This document shows, piece by piece, positions 57,056 to 64,000 of a stretch of DNA of 64,000 nt. This stretch comes from Myxococcota bacterium (GTDB lineage: Bacteria > Myxococcota_A > UBA9160 > JAFDDA01). The translations under genes were made by a program, and so were the position numbers. The notes beneath the pieces are model-generated. The model was not told the origin of the DNA. It saw nothing but the letters and a program-made list of their open reading frames with translations, and searched no databases. The stretch covers positions 832,001 to 896,000 of the forward strand of contig OZ245817.1 in assembly GCA_965228475.1 (NCBI GenBank). The letters are read 5' to 3'. Numbering within the stretch: the stretch's first letter is position 1; every line of letters begins with the position of its first letter.

Positions 57056-57069
57056 TTACAGAATTGTCA
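57056..57069. promoter_or_regulatory. Probable TetR operator
   Basis: TTACA-GAAT-TGTCA imperfect palindrome in the AT-rich spacer between divergent tetR and coq4-like genes. Confidence 0.5.
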
Positions 57070-57131
57070 GTTAAGCTACCAGGCGTGGCGCCCATGCGCC
57101 CTCCGAACGCGCCCCGTGGAAGGAGTCCCTG

Positions 57132-57842
57132 ATGGCGAAGCGCGAACGCGATCGCATTCGGCCCCTGGAGGCCCTCCGGGCCCTGCGAACCCTCTCGAAG
57201 AACCCCGACGATACGGCCCAGGTCTTCCGCGTCCTGCGCGCGCTGCCGAGCGGCGACCGGGTGTATCGACGCTTTCGCCGGACCCCGTCCGGGGAGCGCC
57301 TGCTGCGCGAGAAACCCGACCTGCTCGCGACCCTGAGCAACCGCGAGCGCCTGCTCGCGATGCCGCCGGGAAGCCTCGGGCGCACCTACGCCGAGTTCGT
57401 GACCGCGGAGCAGATCTCCGCCGACGGCCTCGTGGAAGCGAGCGTCACGGGGGCGGACCCGGACCGCTTCCTCGACGCGGATCATCGCTACGTCGGGGAG
57501 CGGCTGCGCGACATGCACGACCTCTGGCACGTGGTCACCGGCTACGGCCGGGACCTCCTCGGGGAGGCCGCACTGCTCGCGTTCACCTTCGCCCAGACCC
57601 GGACCCTCGGGATCGGCGCCATCGTCGGCCACGCGCTCTGGCTGGCCCGGGGCGACTTCGCGCCGGCCCGCCCGATCATCTGGCAGGGCCTCCGCCGCGG
57701 CTGGAAGGCCGAGTGGCTCCCCGACCAGGAGTGGGAGTACCTCCTCCCGCTGCCGCTCGAGGCCGTTCGGGCGCAGCTCCGGGTCGGGCCGCTGCCGGAC
57801 TACACCCAGCTTCGCTCCGAGGGCGCTCCCGCGGTCGGCTGA
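57132..57842 (+). CDS. Coq4 family protein
   Basis: P.GSLGR.Y, HDLWHVVTGY...LLGE (HDxxH-x11-E); AAGGAG RBS. Confidence 0.88.
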   Translation: MAKRERDRIRPLEALRALRTLSKNPDDTAQVFRVLRALPSGDRVYRRFRRTPSGERLLREKPDLLATLSNRERLLAMPPGSLGRTYAEFVTAEQISADGLVEASVTGADPDRFLDADHRYVGERLRDMHDLWHVVTGYGRDLLGEAALLAFTFAQTRTLGIGAIVGHALWLARGDFAPARPIIWQGLRRGWKAEWLPDQEWEYLLPLPLEAVRAQLRVGPLPDYTQLRSEGAPAVG

Positions 57843-57952
57843 GCCCGAAAACAGCGCTTGTCCCGGCCGCCCGGAGGGGAGAGACTGGGCGGGTGGAAAA
57901 GGCCGGACTCTGGGTCCGTCGTCTCGAGGAAACCCGTCCGGAGGGAGCACCC

Positions 57953-60679
57953 GTGCACCAGCCGCCCGTCCAGAGGCTCGACCGAGGCCGCCGCCTGTTC
58001 GCCGCGATCGCGGCGGCACTCCTGACCGGGTGCCTCGAAGACCTCCCCGAGGTGCCCGCCATCGAGCGCGACGTCGCCCGGACCGAGATCCGCGACGGCG
58101 GCGTCCACTACTCGGCTCCCCAGATCGCGCCCCATCGCACGAGTGCCGACGGCCGCGTCGGTGTGCAGGTCCAGGGCGGCGCGCCCGTCGTGAACTTCTT
58201 CCTGTTCGTGCCCGAGAAGCTCGAGGCCGCCGTGCTCGAGGAGGCGCCCGGCCCGAAGATCCTCTCGGCGCCCCATCCGCTCTCGCTCCCGTTCCCGCCC
58301 GTCGGTTTCGAATACCCCGACGACGGCATCGACTACACCCGCAACCCCGATCGCATCACCGGCCATCACTCCCTGTGCGATCCGACGACGGAGTTCCCGA
58401 GCGAGGGCGAGCGCACGAACCCCTACCCGTGCGAGAGCGACCCGACGCGCGACTGCTACGACCTCGTGCTCGTGAACAACACCGCCCACGTCGACGGCGC
58501 GCGGCTGTGGGGCACGCCGGTGCACGTCGAGGTGGCGAACCCGAAGACGCCCGAGGCGACGCTCGCCAAGGTCGAACTCGGCGAGCTCGTCGCCGGCGCC
58601 TTCCTGCCCGGCTCGCCGGAGTGGACGGAGCCGATGGTCACGCGCGACGGGCGGCTCCTCACCGGGCGCATCGGGATCGTGCCGCTTCGTGAGTGGACCA
58701 ATCCCGAGACCGGCGAGGTGCGCGAAGACCTCTACGACATCATGTACTCCCAGCTCCCGGACGACGCCGAGCCCTGCGACGTCACCGGCTGGCAGGACTT
58801 CCACCCGATCTCCCACGCGCCCTACGACCCGCGCATGATCGGACGCTACGGCATCGCCGCCTATCCGTTCCGCGACGCCGAGGGCAACCTCATCCCGGAC
58901 GGCATGGACATCGGCGGCAGCTACCCCTGGGTGGACGAGAACGGCGCGAACCTCTTCCTCACTGCGGTCCCCGAGCGTCTCGCCGACCAGCCGGCCTGGG
59001 TCTTTCCGGACCGCTGCGTCGTCCCGGGCTGCCGCCAGGAGCCGCGCTTCGTCGAGCCCCAGAGCCACGACATCGGCTTCGCCATGGCCGGGCTCTGGAC
59101 GCACGGGAAGATGGTCATGCTCGACGGGCTCGTGAACCACACCGACTGGCAGCTGCCGATCGATCCGGACGGCCATCGCAACGTCCTGCTCTACCGCACG
59201 CGCGAGGATCCGGCGGAGGGCGTGGAGGTGCGCATCGGCTCCGGGCGCGCGACCGGACGCCAGGTTCCCCTCGGCTGGTCCGGCAACCCGAACATCCTCC
59301 ACTCGATCGAGAACCTCTTCAACCACCAGGGCAATCTGCACACGCTCACCCCGCGCGACGTCGTCTGGGTGATGAGCACGGGCGTCTCCACCGACGAGGT
59401 CGCCTTCGACGACTTCCTGCACCCGGACGGGTTCATCGTCTCGAACATGATGGCTTCGATCACGCGCGAGTTCTATCTGCTGAACGGCGTCGGGCTCGAC
59501 GGGTTCGCGGCCTTCCTCCGCTATCACAACGGCAAGGAGTGGTCGCAGCCGCGGGTCTACTCGCGCGACATCCACCTCCAGAACGCGGCCACCGCCCTGC
59601 CGGGGCGCTGGACCCTTCCGACCCACGGACACGTCGAAGCGGAGACCGGCCGCCTCGAGCCGGCGGCCCTCGGCGGCATCCGCGGCAAGGGCTTCTGGCT
59701 GAACGGCGAGAACCGCGTGGACTACGACATCCCCGCCCAGCCGCGCGACGTGCGCGACCACGACTGGTACGTCGGGATCTTCGTCGATCCGCGCGTGCCC
59801 GAAGGCTCCCTGCGCGAACTCCTGCGCTTCCCGGACGGCACCGCGGTGTGGCTGCTCGGGAGCACGCAGCTGCAGTACCGGGCCGATGGCGCCGTCCTCC
59901 ACACGATCGTGCTGCCGGAGCCCGCGGGCGATTCCGGCTGGATCCATCTCGGCTGGAACCTGCGCGACGAGAACCGCGACGTGCACTTCTTCCACGACGG
60001 CTACGCCTTCGACCGCTTCACCTCGGAGCGTTCGCTCTTCGTGCTCGAGCCGGGCGTGCTGCGGATCGGAAACGGGGACGACCCGGCGGAGGGCTTCCGC
60101 GGCTGGATCGACGACTTCAAGATCTTCGCCCAGACCTCGACGCGAGAGATCGCCTGCAACCACGCCTACGGCACGCTCATTGGGATTGCGGGCGAAGGCC
60201 CGTGGAGCGACGTCGCCGGCCGCTACCCGGCGGCGGAGCACGAGGCGCTCTCGGCGATCCTGGCGGGGTACGAGCGGCCCGGGTTCGAGCGCTACGCCTG
60301 CTACCACGACCACGGCGGTGACCAGACCGCCCACGCGCGCAACGTCCCGGCCGAGGCCGAAGGGATCCGGGAGGCGCTGAACTTCCCGGAGGGGCCGCTC
60401 CGGCACGGCGTGCCGCGGCCCGATTCGAGCGCGAACGCCTTCTGTCTCTCGTGCCACCACGCGGGAGGCGTGATGGGGCTCGGGCTCGATGCGCTCACGT
60501 ACCGGCCCGAGTGGACGGCCGAGACCGATCCGCGCCGCCAGCCGCTCCAGGCGCTGCGCCGCGTGTTCGGCAACGTCCCGGCGGGCTGGATCCCGGCCGG
60601 GGACGGTGCGGGAAGCCCGGCCGAGGCAACCCAGGCGCCGCCCGAAGGGCTGCTCGTCGACCCCTGGGTCCTGCCCTAG
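57953..60679 (+). CDS. Large lipoprotein with LamG-like segment and C-terminal CxxCH heme-binding motif
   Basis: Lipobox LLTGC, W.HL...F.DG...IG...F.GWIDDFKIF, FCLSCH; GGAG RBS. Confidence 0.8.
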   Translation: MHQPPVQRLDRGRRLFAAIAAALLTGCLEDLPEVPAIERDVARTEIRDGGVHYSAPQIAPHRTSADGRVGVQVQGGAPVVNFFLFVPEKLEAAVLEEAPGPKILSAPHPLSLPFPPVGFEYPDDGIDYTRNPDRITGHHSLCDPTTEFPSEGERTNPYPCESDPTRDCYDLVLVNNTAHVDGARLWGTPVHVEVANPKTPEATLAKVELGELVAGAFLPGSPEWTEPMVTRDGRLLTGRIGIVPLREWTNPETGEVREDLYDIMYSQLPDDAEPCDVTGWQDFHPISHAPYDPRMIGRYGIAAYPFRDAEGNLIPDGMDIGGSYPWVDENGANLFLTAVPERLADQPAWVFPDRCVVPGCRQEPRFVEPQSHDIGFAMAGLWTHGKMVMLDGLVNHTDWQLPIDPDGHRNVLLYRTREDPAEGVEVRIGSGRATGRQVPLGWSGNPNILHSIENLFNHQGNLHTLTPRDVVWVMSTGVSTDEVAFDDFLHPDGFIVSNMMASITREFYLLNGVGLDGFAAFLRYHNGKEWSQPRVYSRDIHLQNAATALPGRWTLPTHGHVEAETGRLEPAALGGIRGKGFWLNGENRVDYDIPAQPRDVRDHDWYVGIFVDPRVPEGSLRELLRFPDGTAVWLLGSTQLQYRADGAVLHTIVLPEPAGDSGWIHLGWNLRDENRDVHFFHDGYAFDRFTSERSLFVLEPGVLRIGNGDDPAEGFRGWIDDFKIFAQTSTREIACNHAYGTLIGIAGEGPWSDVAGRYPAAEHEALSAILAGYERPGFERYACYHDHGGDQTAHARNVPAEAEGIREALNFPEGPLRHGVPRPDSSANAFCLSCHHAGGVMGLGLDALTYRPEWTAETDPRRQPLQALRRVFGNVPAGWIPAGDGAGSPAEATQAPPEGLLVDPWVLP

Positions 60680-60710
60680 CGAGCGGGCAACGCCCCGGGG
60701 TGGGCTTCGC

Positions 60711-60899
60711 TCAGTAGGCTTCGGGGATCCGTTCGCTGCCGAGGAACGGCTTCAGGCGGACGCTGCCCGACCCCACCATGTGATCCACGGTGGCGAAGAT
60801 TTCGTTCTCGTCCTCCGTGAGTTCGGACAGGACCAGAACCAACTCGACCAGGCTGACCTCGGGCGTCGTATCGAAGCCCGCGGGCGTCGTTTCGAACAT
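60711..60899 (-). CDS. Small acidic hypothetical protein (62 aa)
   Basis: GGGGG RBS, GC3-biased codons, sigma54 site directly upstream. Confidence 0.7.
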   Translation of the reverse strand: MFETTPAGFDTTPEVSLVELVLVLSELTEDENEIFATVDHMVGSGSVRLKPFLGSERIPEAY

Positions 60900-60926
60900 G
60901 TTTGCTTCCCCCTGGTGCGCCCGAAT

Positions 60927-60942
60927 TGCAGCCGGCATGCCA
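60927..60942 (-). promoter_or_regulatory. Sigma54 (-24/-12) promoter
   Basis: Minus-strand TGGCATGCCGGCTGCA ending 27 nt before the ATG. Confidence 0.7.
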
Positions 60943-61100
60943 AGGGCAGGCCTGGCGGAAAAGTTCTTGGAAACGCTTGCAGGACGGGGGCTTGGAGGAC
61001 GACACGGTGCGGCGCGGGCAGCCGTGCCGCGTCATTCGGGCCGCCGTTCCGCAGGGTCTCCGACGCTGGTCGTCGGGAACCCGACGGTCCGACCGTGCGG

Positions 61101-62183
61101 CTAGGGCGTCGGTGAGCGGAGCACGAGCGGGGCCGTGCCGTCCGCCTCGGCGGCTTCGCGCGCGGCGAGGACGGCGCTTCGGTCCGGGGCCAGGCCGCAG
61201 ACCGGGTCGGTCGCGGCCGCGTCCCCGAGCAGGGCGAAGGCCTGACAGCGGCAGCCGCCGTGGTCGCGGCCGCGCTCGGGGCAGCTCCGGCAGGGCTCCT
61301 TCATCCAGGCTTCGCCGCGGAAGGCGTTCATGCCCGGGGCGTCGCGCCAGCAGGCCGCGAGGCTGGCGTCGCGAACGTTCCAGAAGGCCAGGTCCGGGAG
61401 CCCCGCCGCCACGTGGCACGGCAGAACGAGCCCCGCCGGATTCACCACGATCATGCGCTCGCCCCAGCCGCCCATGCACGGCTTCGGACGATCGCGGTGG
61501 TAGTCCGGCATGGCGATCAGGATCTCGGGGCGTGCGGATTCCCGGCGCGCGGCTTCGATGGTCTCGAGGGCGGCGTCGAGCTGGGCGCGCGAGGGCAGGA
61601 GCGCCTCGCGGTTGCGGAGGGCCCAGCCGTAGTACTGCACGTTCGCGAGCTCGAGGCGTTCCGCGTCGAGCGCGCGCGCCAGGGCGATGAGATCCGCCAC
61701 ACGATCGAGGTTCCGTCGATGGACGACGACGTTCACCGTGAGCGGGAGTTCGGCGTCGCGCACGGCCCGGGCGAAGGCGAGCTTGCGCCCGAAACTCTCG
61801 GTGCCGGCCATCGCGTCGGAGGCGCCGGCCTCGGCATCCTGGATCGAGAGCTGCACGCTGCGCAGGCCTCGCTTGGCGAGGGGCTCCACGTCCGCGGGCT
61901 CGATGGGCAGGCCGGCCGTCACCAGGTGCACGTAGAGGCCGGCCTCGGCTGCCGCGGCGACGAGCTCCGGAAGATCGCGGCGGGCGCTCGGCTCGCCGCC
62001 CGTCAGGCCGACGTGGACGGCGCCGAGGGCCGCGGCCTCGCGGAACACCCGGGCCCAGGTCTCGGTGTCGAGTCCGTCGCGCGTCTGCGCCCAGTCGAGC
62101 GGGTTCGAGCAGTAGGCGCAGCGCAAGGGGCAGCGGTAGGTGAGTTCGGCGACGAGGTTGTAGGGCCGCGGAGCGGAGGTCAT
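61101..62183 (-). CDS. pqqE: PQQ biosynthesis radical SAM/SPASM protein
   Basis: ELTYRCPLRCAYCSNP, ANVQYYGWA, PKPCMGGWG, GGCRCQA. Confidence 0.96.
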   Translation of the reverse strand: MTSAPRPYNLVAELTYRCPLRCAYCSNPLDWAQTRDGLDTETWARVFREAAALGAVHVGLTGGEPSARRDLPELVAAAAEAGLYVHLVTAGLPIEPADVEPLAKRGLRSVQLSIQDAEAGASDAMAGTESFGRKLAFARAVRDAELPLTVNVVVHRRNLDRVADLIALARALDAERLELANVQYYGWALRNREALLPSRAQLDAALETIEAARRESARPEILIAMPDYHRDRPKPCMGGWGERMIVVNPAGLVLPCHVAAGLPDLAFWNVRDASLAACWRDAPGMNAFRGEAWMKEPCRSCPERGRDHGGCRCQAFALLGDAAATDPVCGLAPDRSAVLAAREAAEADGTAPLVLRSPTP

Positions 62184-62237
62184 CGCTCCGCCGCCCGTAG
62201 TTTCAGCGCTCGGCCCCCCGCCTTCATCGCTCCGCCG
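62180..62237. repeat. 14-bp direct repeat at the pqqCD/pqqE junction
   Basis: TCATCGCTCCGCCG at 62180-62193 and 62224-62237. Confidence 0.85.
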
Positions 62238-63180
62238 TGAGGACGCCGGCGCCTTCCATGTGGGCGAGGAAGGCGTGTGCATCGGCGTAGGCCTCGGGGC
62301 TCTCGGGGTTCGCGCGGGCGCTCGCGAGGGCGACGGCGTCGGCGGTGCGCTCGCCGTCGCAGAGGTCGAGCAGGGCCCGGGCGCTGCGGTTCACGGCCAC
62401 GGCCCGCTCCGGAAGCACGACCAGGGTGCGGTCCTCTTCGGGCTCGTCGCGCAGCATCGCGTGGGGGACGAGCCGGGGCCTGCGATGCGCGGCCTCGACG
62501 GCGTCGAGCAGGGACCAGAGGATCTCGCACTTGCGCTCGAGGGCCGCGGCGCAGCGGTCGCGCGCCTCGGGGGTCGCGGCGTGGTCGAGCACCCAGGCGA
62601 GGCCGAAGGCCGCGTCGCGCGGCGCCTGTTTCGTGCGGGTCTGGAAGTAGCGGAGCCCGCTCGCGTCGATCCACGGGTAGTGCTTCTCGAAGGCCGCGAT
62701 GCGCACGGCCATGATGTCGCCGGCGAACATCTCGGTCAGCGAGGACGCGACGGATTCGAGCAGATCGTGGGAGTTCACGAACTCGACGTAGGCATCGCAG
62801 GCCGCGCGCACCCCGGGCACGACGTAGCGCTGGCTCTCGACCTCCTCGCGGTCGAGGCCGGTGGCGACCGCGAGGTCGAGCCAGAGCGCGAGGCCGCCCT
62901 CGCCGGGCTTCTCGCCGTCGTGGTCGTGGATGCGGCCGATCCACTCGCGGCGGAAGTCGGTCGTGGTGCCGTCCTTCGCGAGGATCGTCGAGTCCTTCTT
63001 CGGGATGCGCGTCTGGTAGTAGTAGCGGTTGCGGGCCCAGGTCCGGAGTTCTTCCGGCGTGAGCGTGCCGTCGTGCATGCGCAGGTTGAACGGGTGCCGG
63101 TGGTGGTAGCGTTCGTCGCCGATGGCGCGCAGCCGAGCCTCGAACTCCGCGCGGACCGTCCCGTCGTCCGCGGCGCTCAA
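62224..63180 (-). CDS. pqqCD: PqqC-PqqD fusion protein
   Basis: YH..HPF, NRYYYQ.RIP.KD, RI.DHDG, SSLTEMFA, KC..LW..LDA, then PqqD-like LPER...N......L..CDG; TTG overlaps the pqqB stop. Confidence 0.9.
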   Translation of the reverse strand: MSAADDGTVRAEFEARLRAIGDERYHHRHPFNLRMHDGTLTPEELRTWARNRYYYQTRIPKKDSTILAKDGTTTDFRREWIGRIHDHDGEKPGEGGLALWLDLAVATGLDREEVESQRYVVPGVRAACDAYVEFVNSHDLLESVASSLTEMFAGDIMAVRIAAFEKHYPWIDASGLRYFQTRTKQAPRDAAFGLAWVLDHAATPEARDRCAAALERKCEILWSLLDAVEAAHRRPRLVPHAMLRDEPEEDRTLVVLPERAVAVNRSARALLDLCDGERTADAVALASARANPESPEAYADAHAFLAHMEGAGVLTAER

Positions 63181-64000
63181 ATCTCGAACTCCATCCCGTC
63201 GAGGGCGATCTCCACGCCGTGCTTGCGCGCTCCGTGGGCCTCGGGGGAGGCCGCGTCGAGCACCGGGTTCGTGTTGTTCATGTGGATGTAGAGCCGTCGC
63301 CCGCGCAGGCCCGAGAGCGGTGCGAGGCTCCCGCGCGGCCCCTCGATCGGCACGTGGGCCATGGCGAAGGCGTCCGGCGCGCCGGGCCGGAGCTTTCGCA
63401 GCTCGTCCGCCGTGTGGAAGGTCCCGTCGACGAAGGCGCAGTCCGCGGCTTCGAGTTCGGCGGCGACGCCGGCGTCGATCTCGCGGGTGCCCGGGACGAA
63501 GACCAGCCGCCGGCCCGTCGGCAGCTCCGTCACCCGCACGCCGACGTTCCCTTCGGCGGTGTAGGGCTCGGCGACCTCCTTGAGGAAGCCCGGCGTCTTG
63601 CCCGGCGCCGGGAAGAAGCGCGCCTCGAGCTGTTCCTCGCGGTCGAGGTGGAAGGGGCGGTCGAGGCCGAAGGCGCCCCAGGCGGCGTCGAGCAGACGGA
63701 AGCAGGCGTTGTGGTCGAGCAGCGCGCGGCGCACCCACTCGGTCGAGCAGATCCGGTAGGAGAGCGCTTCGCGCAGGACGAGCAGGCCCATCGTGTGGTC
63801 GAGCTCGGCGTTGGTGAGCACGATGGAATCGATGGGCAGGTCCCGGGTGCCGGGGCGCGGGTGGAGCGTCGGCGTCGCCGCGAGCTGGTGGCGGATGTCC
63901 GGTGCCGCGTTCAGGATCGACCAGCGCGTACCGTCGGCGGAGACCGCGACGGAAGGCTGGGTGCGGGCCGGGACGTCCGGGTCGCCCGCCCGCGCGCGCA
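63177..64000 (-). CDS. pqqB: PQQ biosynthesis protein B (5' truncated by window edge)
   Basis: RTQ.S.AVS.DG..W...NA.PD, LTNAELDH..GL, DGTF, HMNNTNP, DGME. Confidence 0.93.
   Translation of the reverse strand, partial: RARAGDPDVPARTQPSVAVSADGTRWSILNAAPDIRHQLAATPTLHPRPGTRDLPIDSIVLTNAELDHTMGLLVLREALSYRICSTEWVRRALLDHNACFRLLDAAWGAFGLDRPFHLDREEQLEARFFPAPGKTPGFLKEVAEPYTAEGNVGVRVTELPTGRRLVFVPGTREIDAGVAAELEAADCAFVDGTFHTADELRKLRPGAPDAFAMAHVPIEGPRGSLAPLSGLRGRRLYIHMNNTNPVLDAASPEAHGARKHGVEIALDGMEFEI

Noticed and set aside
60711..60899. Small ORF after pqqE as the PqqA precursor
   Set aside because: No C-terminal ExxxY spacing (ends ERIPEAY), too long, and it has its own promoter; pqqA is probably upstream of pqqB, outside the window

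Overview
High-GC bacterial chromosomal window with about 56 credible CDSs; most long ORFs in the supplied track are GC-rich shadow frames. The gene mix (PEP-CTERM proteins, a PrsT-like TPR lipoprotein, GT9, an LLM oxidoreductase, PQQ genes, a fused otsAB) suggests a diderm environmental organism, possibly Myxococcota-like; that is inference only. 1-18.7 kb is lipid/housekeeping metabolism: two acyl-CoA dehydrogenases, bolA, ilvD, pabB, a diguanylate cyclase, a UbiB-family kinase, a thiolase-like protein and fabG. 18.9-51 kb is a large cell-surface locus: two PEP-CTERM proteins, a CPBP protease, an Asp/Asn beta-hydroxylase-like enzyme, three TMTC-like and three other GT-C-like membrane proteins, three polyprenyl-phosphate GT2s, and an aminosugar module (DegT/ArnB, ArnC, WbqC) containing an AurF-like diiron oxygenase. 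This is the best candidate for an undescribed system: protein glycosylation with an unusual N-modified sugar. 51-64 kb has an SDR, TauE, otsAB, GST/HxlR, TetR/Coq4, a 908-aa monoheme lipoprotein, a sigma54-driven microprotein and pqqB-pqqCD-pqqE. Non-coding signals include many apparent leaderless promoters, sigma54/IHF sites, an 85-bp CTAG-bounded MITE-like element and three short duplications at gene junctions. No rRNA, tRNA, CRISPR array or transposase was seen. All family assignments come from motif recognition by eye, not from database searches.
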